This document shows positions 54,183 through 64,000 of a stretch of DNA of 64,000 bases, piece after piece. Numbering within the stretch: the first letter of the stretch is position 1; each line of letters begins with the position of its first letter. The DNA comes from Phoronis australis. Taxonomy: Eukaryota; Animalia; Phoronida. The notes under the pieces are model-generated. The model did not search any database. It saw nothing but the letters and a program-made list of their open reading frames with translations, and had not been told where the DNA came from. The position numbers and the translations under genes are program-made. Where the stretch lies: NCBI GenBank assembly GCA_002633005.1, contig NMRA01001047.1, positions 1 to 64,000 of the forward strand, read 5' to 3'.

Positions 54183-54690
54183 CAGTTTGCGTTCTTTCCA
54201 CGAACTGTCATGAAAAAATGCTTGAAAAACTATGCCTCGACATTGTTGTTCTCAATGCAGAGTAAAGAATCGTTATCAGATAAATACATGCAAGGTTGGT
54301 TACATTTAATTCAACCGACATCACAACAGTCGCGTTTCAGATTACACTCTTTCGAAGATTCGTCATGAAAAAATGCTTGAAAACTGTCTCAGAGTTGTTG
54401 TTCTCAATGCAGGGTAAAGAATCATTATCAGACAAATACATATGTACACAGACGTTCTCTGGTACTACACAAGGTTGACTGCGTTCAATTCAATTGACAT
54501 TACAACAGTCGCGTTTCAGTTTGCGTTCTTTCCAAGAATTGTCATGAAAAATCCTTGAAATGCTTTTCCCAGAAATTGTTCACAATGCAGGATAAAGAAT
54601 TGTTATCAGATAAATACAAGTGTACACAAGTGTTCTTTTCTACTTTGCAAGGTTGGTTACATATAATTCAACGGACATAACATTAGTCAC
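54183..54690. repeat. 155-180-bp tandem triplication
   Basis: GTCATGAAAAA...CAATGCAG...TAAAGAAT...TTATCAGA...CAAGGTTG recurs three times. Confidence 0.85.
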
Positions 54691-55169
54691 GAGCATTAAG
54701 AACGTGACGGTAAGCAGTGTGCCCTAAACTTTATTAACCTAAATTTGAAGAAATGGAGGCCCGTAACCAGGGAGGTTCTATCCAACGCGGAAAAGGTCCA
54801 GCCCCTTACTCTCCGTTAAAGACAGGATATAGATGGACAACAGCGACAAAATCGTTGCAGCTACTGGTACCACTGCTAAATACAATTATGATACTTAAAC
54901 TAATTTAGTAATCATTTGCTTCCCGTTCAACGCGCTTCATGTAATCGGGTCGAACCTGGCGAACTTCGCCCGCGTGCTGTTTCGTAGCTGACAAGATTGT
55001 CCAGACGATTAGAGGACTGAGGATTTGTGTTATTCATCAGCATTACACGCGCGTGGTGGCATCACCATAGGGTAACAAGGAAGTCAAAAGTACTGTTGTG
55101 ACCCTTCAAACTGTTGTCCTAACAAAGCAAAAAAGCATGTACCACTACATTTCTAAAATTTTAGAACAC

Positions 55170-55440
55170 TTATGACCTGCATAGCAAGACACCTGACCCA
55201 AGCTCAATCGGTACATTCTGTTCCTTGAGCAATTCTTTGGGAAATTCTTCTGACACTTCAAACTCTACAATTGAGGGTGGGTAGATGTTTTTCTTGGTCT
55301 CCATCTGATTCCAAACTGAGCTCGATGTTTTCCACAAACAGTCAACTCTGAGAGCAAACGGTGGTAAGCAAGCCCATTCTGGCAAAATTCAGCTGCCGGG
55401 ACGAGGCCTGATTTAACATGTTTCAGAAGATCTGATATCG
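55170..55440 (-). pseudogene. Frameshifted fragment of a Cys/His-rich N-terminal domain, probably from a DNA transposase
   Basis: Joining frames gives ...FARMG...LTVCGKHRAQFGIRWRPRKTSTHP...SEEFPKELLKEQNVPIELGSGVLLCRS. This resembles a CxxHRxxxGxxWR...VPVGSGIC motif I recall from marine-invertebrate transposon proteins. Confidence 0.45.
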
Positions 55441-57164
55441 ACTTATTAGATTTAGCTTATGTTTCAACTGCATGGTGGTTTGGGTACTCCATTGAAGTCC
55501 CACTAACCAGATTAACATAAAGACTCCTACAGTGAACACTGACTGCTTCCTTTTTCCCGGCAGCCATTTTCCTTTGGTGACATCAGTGGTGACTGCAGGA
55601 CTTCTTAAGAAAACGATAATTCACAGGAAAACCAAATATTTTAATTCTATTACATTCTATGTGCTATGAAACGAAAAAAAAAAATTTGAAAAACAATTTT
55701 GAGCACTTTAGATATCAAGCCTGAGGATTTTCACTGATAAGTTGTGCCTGCTGCAAGTGCTCCCTTTGTCTGAGGTGGCTGTAAACATTGGCTCATTCCT
55801 GTATGTAGACATAAGTTCGCCCGTAGTTTTGGAGACATATGTCAATCTAATCTAAAACAGGTCAAACTTACAACTAAGAGTCTAGTAGGCTTCAGTTGAG
55901 ATTCGCACGCTCAAATTGGGTAAGTTTTCTGTGTTTTTGCTTCTTTGACCCCGTTATCCTCAGAAATTTCAGGAAATATTTCCAATTTCTATTTACTGAG
56001 ACCATGGATGAGTTAATCCAAAACACAAACTATTTAACTGTCCAGCAGCTTCTATAATTTTTACAATACCACAAAAAATGGAATTTCATGGTAAAATTTT
56101 ACACTGATTTTGAGTGAAAACTGATGTGCCGGACTTTTAAGCTACTTAACAGAGTAGGAATTGTTTAAACTACATTTTAGTAATATAACATAAGAAAATA
56201 AACTGCACCGCATAGTACGATCCAAATCCGTGACATAGGGTGTATGACCCATTTGTCTGGTCTGAAGTACACTGCACTCTTAAGAAAGGGAACTGGCTGG
56301 TTTTCTCATCGGAATGTGTGAATGAATGAGCTTATGAAAAACTTACTAGGTTTATTGCACTGTAGTCATGATATGAATAAAATAGTGAAAAGAAAAAAAT
56401 AAGAAATTGCGGTTTTAATATGGGTGTGCTGTCTGTATTCATCTTTTTATCCGTTTTATGTATAAAAGTACTTAGGCGGCACGCATATGTTTGTAAATTT
56501 TATAATGAACATGTCACGGTGTGCTCCGTGGATGGGCGGACACAGCGGGTTATTGCTGACCGGTGTTTAGTAGCTTTCGATGCGACGATAGGCTGAAGAC
56601 TGGTTCGAGTTATTCACTTTATGAATTTCGGCCGCACGTACTCAAGTTTACTCAGACAAAACGTACTATGACGTAATGTCTGTTCTGTGCTCCAGGTAGT
56701 GCTGCAAAACCTTGGGACTTTGGTCATACCAGGAAAGTATTACCAGGACCATGTCTTCCTGGTTATATAGAAAGTCACGTGACTTACAGCTAAAGTGGAA
56801 AGTGATGGGTCGTGTGACTGAAGCTCACAGAAGCGCTGATAACATTGATCTCCGATGGAAAATGTGAGGATATGACAATATCCGAGGCTGATGGAGTATC
56901 AGCAGTGGACCACCTAGGTGCTTCCTCATAACGATTCGATTTTGGTGACATTGACCATGAACTCTGGATTGGTGTCGGTGAAGTGGTATAGCATCTGTTT
57001 GTTGTAACTGTAGATGATGACAGCTGTCTTTCAACCTTGGGCATTCAGTCCAGCTTCGTACACATGACATTAATCAAAGCGAATAGAGGGCTTGCAGAGT
57101 TCTCAATCTCCCAAGTCATCACGCAAAAGAACGATCTTGGTGATGGCGGAAGAAAAAGATCGGT

Positions 57165-57236
57165 GGGCTTGTCCGGGAGTCGAACCCGGAACCTCTCGCA
57201 CCCAAAGCGAGAATCATACCGCTAGACCAACAAGCC
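57165..57236 (-). tRNA. tRNA-Pro(TGG)
   Basis: Reverse complement GGCTTGTTGGTCTAGCGGTATGATTCTCGCTTTGGGTGCGAGAGGTTCCGGGTTCGACTCCCGGACAAGCCC folds as a full cloverleaf; T5 Pol III terminator just downstream. Confidence 0.96.
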
Positions 57237-57854
57237 ACTCATGCCTCAGCAGAATCTCATTGGTGAGGTACAACGTCGCCGTTTGTTGCCCGGAACGTCA
57301 TTGTTGGAACGTCGAAGGGACTTTTTGCCAGGAATGAGCGGCCCCCTCCCCCGTTTATCAGTGCTGCTCCACCCATGTTTGTGTGTATTAAAACAAAAGA
57401 AATTTACTGTGTTACCAAAAATAGGCCTACACTAGCCACTTGTAAGTGAACTTCTATCACAACACCGATATGCGACCGTGACGTTTGAGCGATTCATCTG
57501 CAGTGTTTGATTTAGGAAAAAAAAACAACGAACCCCTTTCAAAGCCGCCCTGACGACGCAATATGTGGTGCCTCGATCGTAGACCACAAAGCATGTTGTT
57601 GTTCTAGAAAAACAAGTCTTTGTTGATCCTGCTATGCCCCAAAGAAGAAGTGATGACTAGTTTGTGTGTTATTCCCGGGATTTAAAAAAAAATCGCCCGC
57701 ATTCAACCATTTTTTGTCATCAAAAAACCGTTTGAGTTTTAGTTGTCCATTTTAGGCTGACAAATGACGACAAGTCTCAATTTAGGCTCAAGCTATACTA
57801 AACAGTGAGTTTTTTTCCAATACCAGAAACCATTTCTCCTGAGTTCTACAAGTG

Positions 57855-57889
57855 GCCTCAATGGCGCAGGGCCGGGCAGCGTGTGAGTC
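57855..57889 (+). pseudogene. Truncated tRNA-Met 5' half
   Basis: GCCTCAATGGCGCAGGGCCGGGCAGCGTGTGAGTC resembles the 5' half of the intact Met genes, then joins repeat-unit sequence. Confidence 0.65.
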
Positions 57890-58558
57890 CTAAACCTACA
57901 ACGACTGATGGCTTGTAATGTATACAATCAAATTCATACAGAAAATAATTTTTACATGAATAATAGTTGATGATTTAAGTACTAAGTTTCTTGGGGCAAA
58001 ACCCACTAATTCCGAATTTAATAATGCGGCTACCGGAAATGAAGTCGGATCTCAGTTGGTAACTGGAACTACTTCATAGCAATAAACACTCGACTCAATA
58101 TACCACTGTCTAAGCTTGATCCGTGTCGCTAGTAGACCAACAATTTCCAACAAACCATCTGTGATTTTAACTTGTCGATATGATTTGACTTTACTACGCC
58201 AAACACAAATTGTATCCGACGTAGCAGAGTGTAGATTCCATGCAATATCTGGCTGGTATTGCCATTGCACTGTAACGGCCAACTGAAGGACAACCCCTAC
58301 TTCGATTGATGATAGATGCAGTGACTGCGAGGTGTACATACATGTATCAACAAAACACTGAGACTATAAATAAATGTTCCCATTCAACAACACCGCAACA
58401 CCCACAAAGCAACATCAAGCCGGCTACACGTGACGGTGCGCGACATTCGGACCACTTGGAGCGTGGGGTTTAAAAATGGCAAACTACAGAAAGTTGTCCA
58501 AAACGTCACTTGGCAAGTTGGAGCTCGTGGTGATGCCGGACTGAGCCAGAGAAAAAAA

Positions 58559-58630
58559 TGGACTTGTCCGGTGGATCCCACTACTGCTTGCACCTGCAAC
58601 AATAAGATTCTTATCGATAAACCTTCAACG
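58559..58630 (-). pseudogene. Degenerate tRNA-Pro relic in repeat unit
   Basis: GGACTTGTCCGG...GCACC...AGATTCTTATCGATAAACC aligns by eye with GGGCTTGTCCGG...GCACCC...AGAATCATACCGCTAGACC of the intact Pro gene, and is preceded by the same A-run. Confidence 0.55.
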
Positions 58631-59071
58631 TCCGATGGCTTGTAATGTATGCAATCAAATTCATACAATAGATATTTTTAGACGAATAATGTTTGATGAT
58701 TTAAACACTAAACGTCTTGGGGCAAAACCCCCAAATTCCGAATTTAACAATGCGGCTACTGGCAATGAACTCTCGCATCATTTTAACTACTCCGTTGCAA
58801 GAAGTACTCTACTCTGGTACTACTTTCTAAGCTCAATTCGCTGGACCAACAACTTCCAACAAACAATATCTGCCACTTAAACCTGTCGATGATTTGACTT
58901 TGCTATGCCAAAGCCAAATTCTGTCGACTAAGTAGAGTGTAGATTTCAATAGCTGCATGGTGTTGCCATTGCGCTGCAGCTACAAACAGAAGGGAAATCT
59001 CTACTTTGATTGATGGTAGATGCAGTGACTGTGAGTAAATTTAGTAAATGCACCCGATTGCGTACAAGGCC

Positions 59072-59144
59072 GCCTCGATGGCGCAGTAGGTAGCGCGTGA
59101 GTCTCATAATCTCAAGGTCGTGAGTTCGATCCTCACTCGGGGCA
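59072..59144 (+). tRNA. tRNA-Met(CAT), elongator type
   Basis: GCCTCGATGGCGCAGTAGGTAGCGCGTGAGTCTCATAATCTCAAGGTCGTGAGTTCGATCCTCACTCGGGGCA; G1-C72 pair and TTC T-loop; T-run terminator follows. Confidence 0.96.
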
Positions 59145-59629
59145 GGCGGCGTTATTTTTTTGTTCATGAAAGGCAGGATCTAGCGCTACATCGATCCATA
59201 AGAATGATTATTTCCAATATGCCAAAGGTACAAAACCTAGTGGTACTCGACTCGACTGCTGTCTACCACTACAACTTGAAGTCAAGAGACTGGCAACCGA
59301 TTTTACACCTAGTCACTGTTATTACTTTTGTCATTGCTTGTAGTTATTTTTGACAAGGAGCCAATGAAATTTCATGAAAAGATCACACGGCGCACATGTA
59401 TCAACAATACTACGCACTAAGACTATCAATAAAGGTTCCCATTAAACAACACCAGGACACTCACAAAACAGCATCAAGCCTACACGTGACCGTGCGCAAA
59501 ATTTGGACCACTGTCCACGCATCGTTGGAGGGTATAGACGAGGTTTAAAATATCAAACAACCGAAAGTTGTCCAAGACATCACTTGCAAATTTTAGCTCT
59601 TGGCAAAGCTGGGAGAGAAAAAAATTAAT

Positions 59630-59709
59630 GGACTTTTCCGGTAGTTGAACCCGCTACTCCTTCCACCTGGCAACCGTGACGAGATTCATATCGATAAACC
59701 TACGACGAC
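59630..59709 (-). pseudogene. Degenerate tRNA-Pro relic in repeat unit
   Basis: GGACTTTTCCGGTAGTTGAACCCG...CGAGATTCATATCGATAAACC aligns by eye with the intact Pro gene. Confidence 0.6.
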
Positions 59710-60131
59710 TGATGGCTTGTAACATGTACAATCAAATTCATACAGTAAATATTTTTAGACGAAAAATATTTGATGATTTAAGTACTAGGTATCTTCGGTC
59801 GAAGCTCACAAACTACGAATTTAATAATGCGGCTTCCGGCAATGAATGAACTCTCGAATCTCGGTAAACTACCCCACTGCACTCGACTCACTTGTACCAC
59901 TTCTAAGCTTAAATCCGTGTAGCTGGACCAACAATTGCCAACAAACTATATCTGTCATTTTAACCTGTCGACGATTTGACTTCTTGCAACGCTAAAGCCA
60001 AATTATGTCGACTTAGCAGAGTGTAGATTCCAATAGTAGGTGTTGCCATAAGTGACGACAGTAGTGCAATCCCTACTTTGGTTGATGGTTGATCCAGTGA
60101 CTGTGAGTACATTTAGTAACGTGCCCAGGCC

Positions 60132-60204
60132 GCCTCGATGGCGCAGTAGGCAGCGCGTGAGTCTCATAATCTCAAGGTCGTGAGTTCGATCCTCACTCGG
60201 GGCA
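60132..60204 (+). tRNA. tRNA-Met(CAT), elongator type, second copy
   Basis: Differs from 59072-59144 by one D-loop base (T to C); followed by TTTTT. Confidence 0.96.
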
Positions 60205-62794
60205 GGCGGCATAAGTTTTTACGCATGAAAGCCATGATGAAGCGTTATATCGAACTAACAATATTGTTTCACTACTTTTACAGCGGAATTTATTAAATAT
60301 CAAAATGTCACGTCTGATACAAAGCAGTACCTCTGGTTTGGAAATAGGTATCCATAATTTCCGTTCAGCTGGCGTTGTTGAACTCTTCCCAGGGCTTAAG
60401 TGGACAGGTATTCAGCCCCACCTAAAGATCTCATGTGATACGGACGGGAGGTGTCAACCTACTGCGTTTTAACACATTTCCTACTATCATAATGACAGCA
60501 AATGTCCACTGCTGTGGGGTGGGATGTATTAATACCTTTCGGAAAAAGGCAATTTAAACCTTTTGAACTATAAATAGATGAACAAGGATATTGACTAAGT
60601 AACTGACAATAGAACGCATGTCCAGGGTGAGCAGATGAAGCCGTACAAATCTTTTAATAGCGGAGTTAATGCATGCACCTTTATTGATGATGTGATATTG
60701 TGTTGAGAATATGGTAAAATTCCTTCCATCAAACAAAAATAACTGCCAAATTTGTCATTGTTAAAATGCTCAAAATTTCGTCATTTGTTTGTGGGTAGCA
60801 GCTATACAATGTAAAATGTTCAAATAGCGAAGCAAAGTTTTCTTCCAGTTATTTTATGAAAATTTTGGTTTATTAATTCACGGTTCCGCTATAACTCAAA
60901 GGTGTATTTCGCCGTGTTTAGCTGACTGAAAACGAAAGTCAAAATAGGTCTTTTATTGTCATAAATTCTGTCTCTTATATTCCGCATGTTTGCATTGCTT
61001 GTGACTGGGGTTTGTAACGAAAATGCAATCCTTTTAAGTTAAAGAATATTATGAGTGTCCTAATTCGATTTCCTTTTTTGCCAGCTAAATATAGCGAAAT
61101 CCAACTTCAACTGTATGCTCGAAATGATGTTGCCAGTTTCCACAAATTCCCTACAACCAGGACGAGATAACCAAAGTTTAAAGTTCGTGCTTCTGTTCTG
61201 GCCTAAATCAAAACGAATAAACATTGGTCTGAAAAATACAGAAATGAGAAAAATAAGAGACAATAGCTTAGTATGCTAAAATTATGACTGAATGGCCTCG
61301 TTTTGGAGTAGTTCGCCAAACTTTATATTGACTAATGCCGATGGGATGCGAGAAAACTTTTTAAGGCGGGAAAACTCGGTTTGTTCTACATAACATTTTT
61401 GTTACAGGGGTGCGGTATAGTCATATACGACCTTTAAAATTTCATCGCGCGACTGAGACCACTGCTTCTGGGCGCATGACAACTAGGTAAACATCATAAA
61501 GCATACATTCCGGCCAATGAGAAGGCGCTATTACGTGTCAGTATTGTAGGCTGACACGACAGGCATGGCAATCATCCAATCCGAGTTTGACAACGTCTAG
61601 GGAATGCGGAAGTGTTTGCCGAAATTTGAAAATTGGAAAACAGGCAAAGTGGAAATAAAAGCCTCCACCAAAATAGTGCAATTAGCAATAACAACAGCTA
61701 TCACGGCATGAACCTGTTCTTTGAACACGCAATATCCAACTATAAATGCAGACTAAAACGAAATACATGGGTTATGAGAAAAAATGGTGTTTTTGCTTTG
61801 CACTCAAACAAAATTAGGTCTTTGGGTTCATGCTCAGAAACAGTGCCTTTGGGCGAACAGTTTTGGTCAAAATAGTTATAGTTTTTGATTGACTTTTCGC
61901 AAGATTACGCCTCTACAAGATGATTGCTCGTTGTTTATCAAATGATAAACGTTTTTAAAATTTTGTTCCCAGTTCAATAGTTTCTAAAACACAATAATCG
62001 GTTATAAACTAAAAGCCCAATGAATTGTTTAGCGCTTCTCTGAAAAGACAAAGGCACATGAAACAAAATATGTAGCTTTATTCCAAACTTTCATTTACAC
62101 CATAGAGATTTCAAAATATATTACTTCACAAAAATAAATACACATTATAAAACCCAACGTAAAACTATATGATTGTGTCTGGAAATATACATATACTTAT
62201 TATTTTTGCATATTCTGCGTCTACTATGCAAGCGGCATCACACAGTATTCCCAAATAATTTCTAAGCGGGAACCGACTTGCAGAATACAGACAAGGGCGG
62301 ACACGTTTTTAATTAATCACACTATCTAAACATAAGACTAGCCGGCTAAGCAATGCATGCACGCATGTGCATGTGCGCACAAATACAAGTGTACTTATGT
62401 GTGTTTTCGGAAAAAGCCTCAAAACTCTACGTCACCCATAGACCAATAGTAAACTTTTACAACTAAAACTTTTCTCTTTGTAAAAAGACTATTTGTTCGT
62501 AATGTTCAGCCACCGGTGTTGCTATTAAAGTACGTTCACGGTCTTCAGTTTCGTGTCATCCGCCACATTTCCGTGTGTCTGTATAGTGGCCAGCCATCGT
62601 CAAGATGTGGTGGCATCGTAAGCTGGCATGGCAATTGAACATGTATTTTTTTCAAGTTCTGTTACAGGTGGGCAAAATGCATTGAGTCAGAAAATGTCCG
62701 ACAGATCTGTACCATTATACAATATGTTCATGACACATGGCGAATCAATGTTGTAACAGAGACTGGTATGCGATTTGAACCATCTCTCCGTAAT

Positions 62795-62883
62795 CTAATA
62801 GCTGTAGAAGTAGGGGTTGGCCTGGCACATGTTGTCGCCTTCACCCCAGCAATGATCGTGGCATTTGTAAGCGCACGACCCAC
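62795..62883 (-). CDS. Probable terminal coding exon with furin-like Cys-rich motif (EGFR/insulin-receptor-family-like); gene extends beyond window
   Basis: Strong acceptor ttttctatttttag; phase-1 frame (x)GSCAYKCHDHCWGEGDNMCQANPYFYSY-stop matches the CWGxGxxxCQ signature; minus-strand AATAAA at about 62077. Confidence 0.5.
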
Positions 62884-64000
62884 CTAAAAATAGAAAACTT
62901 CATGAATTACCATGTGTCTAATGGCTGGGAAGGTCAACGGTAGGTTAGACTTCTTTTTATGGCTGCCTATGAAGGAGAATTCAAGAGCTTGAATAGAACA
63001 CAGTAACTCACCAAATTTCGTAACTCAATTTTGCATGAGCTGAGGGGGCTTTAGCCCCCCACTTTTTTCAGTGCTGCGCCGCCCATGTTTTGACCCATTA
63101 CTTCCATTGAATTCAGCATAATTTATCGAAACGGAATTAATAACCGTTTTAATACCCCTTTTTGAAATACAATTATTCTAACGGATAAAAGCAACACAAC
63201 GAGTGGAAATGGATTTAAGGATGAAATGGACCTGCCTAGTGCAAATAGACAAAATGGGCCAAAATTGGAATTAAGGGGTTGAAATTGATACAATGAGACA
63301 TAATGTGTCAGATCATTTATATTAAAGTAAGGTGAAAAATGCCAAAAATGCATTGGTAAATGAAAACATGTGATTCCGTCGCTAATTAAAACACGTTCAA
63401 TTTGCCGTTGGACATACATGTATATTAGGTGAAACACATCATCTATCCATTACGATATATTCGAGAATTATTACGTTTTCTTCGTGAAAAAACGCGACAT
63501 GCGAGTGGCTCTGAAAATTCTCGTTGAAAATATTTACTGTGCTATACTAATAAATCATAGCGTAAAAGCAATGCCTTGGGTTAGAAGATGAACGCAGCTG
63601 TGTCACTTCTTAAATAGTTCCACGAAGCAATTTCTTCGAAATGACAGTGACTTTGAATCATCTGTAATTTGGTGAGAGAAATTTTGCCCAAAAAATAAAA
63701 CAATTAAGATTAATTTTCCTTGTTACATTCTCGTAACCGACACACATAATCACTAAAAACCAATCAAATAAATAATTACGGTTGTATCATCCTGTCTACC
63801 TCGCCAAAACGGTATCTTAATTCTACCATCAGATAAGTTGTTTTTGCATAATTTTGTTGCGTAAGCTTTAACACTGCAAAGCAAAGTGGTGTTGTTGAAA
63901 AATAACATTCTTTAATTTCTCTCTCGAAAGTGCCTTTGCCGGATGTTCGCTAGAGCGGAACTCAGTAAAAAGTAACCAATTAAAATAATTGTCTGGCTTC

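Larger units (their letters stand above)
57890..60260. repeat. Diverged ~1.07-kb tandem repeat (about 2.5-3 units) carrying tRNA genes
   Basis: The block TAAACC...GATGGCTTGTAA...CAATCAAATTCATAC...AATGCGGCT...AGAGTGTAGATT...GTGACTG recurs at about 57891, 58618 and 59695. Confidence 0.88.

Noticed and set aside
56790-57150. Moderately GC-rich stretch with long partly open frames next to tRNA-Pro
   Set aside because: Internal stops and no recognisable motif, so no coding call can be supported.
57092-60212. ORFs such as ...PPAPSEDRTHDLEIMRLTR... and ...CPGVEPGTSRTQSENHTARP...
   Set aside because: Translations of tRNA genes, not proteins.

Overview
AT-rich, intron-rich animal DNA, probably from an invertebrate; the repeat types hint at a mollusc or other marine lophotrochozoan, which is an inference. 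About 52 kb is one minus-strand gene, an apparently full-length SMCHD1 orthologue (UBL, GHKL ATPase, Ig-like linker, coiled coil, SMC hinge). I traced 45 of its coding exons by hand from ATG 51764 to the left edge of the window. One expected hinge exon is missing, probably hidden in the N gap at 2182, and one intron is GC-AG. The two largest introns each contain a complete spliced gene on the opposite strand: an LRR plus ZU5-like protein with no death domain (10981-14912, about 918 aa) and an ecdysteroid kinase-like (EcKL/CHK) kinase (34931-36503, about 431 aa). The introns also carry Helentron/HINE (DINE-1/pearl-like) elements with repeated CTCF-consensus motifs, TIR MITEs, and mini- and microsatellites. 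Upstream of SMCHD1 are a decayed transposase-like fragment, a tRNA-Pro(TGG) gene, a decaying ~1.07-kb tandem array with two intact tRNA-Met(CAT) genes plus tRNA relics, and a probable terminal exon encoding a furin-like Cys-rich peptide. All homology calls come from motif recognition and memory of known proteins; no database search was run.
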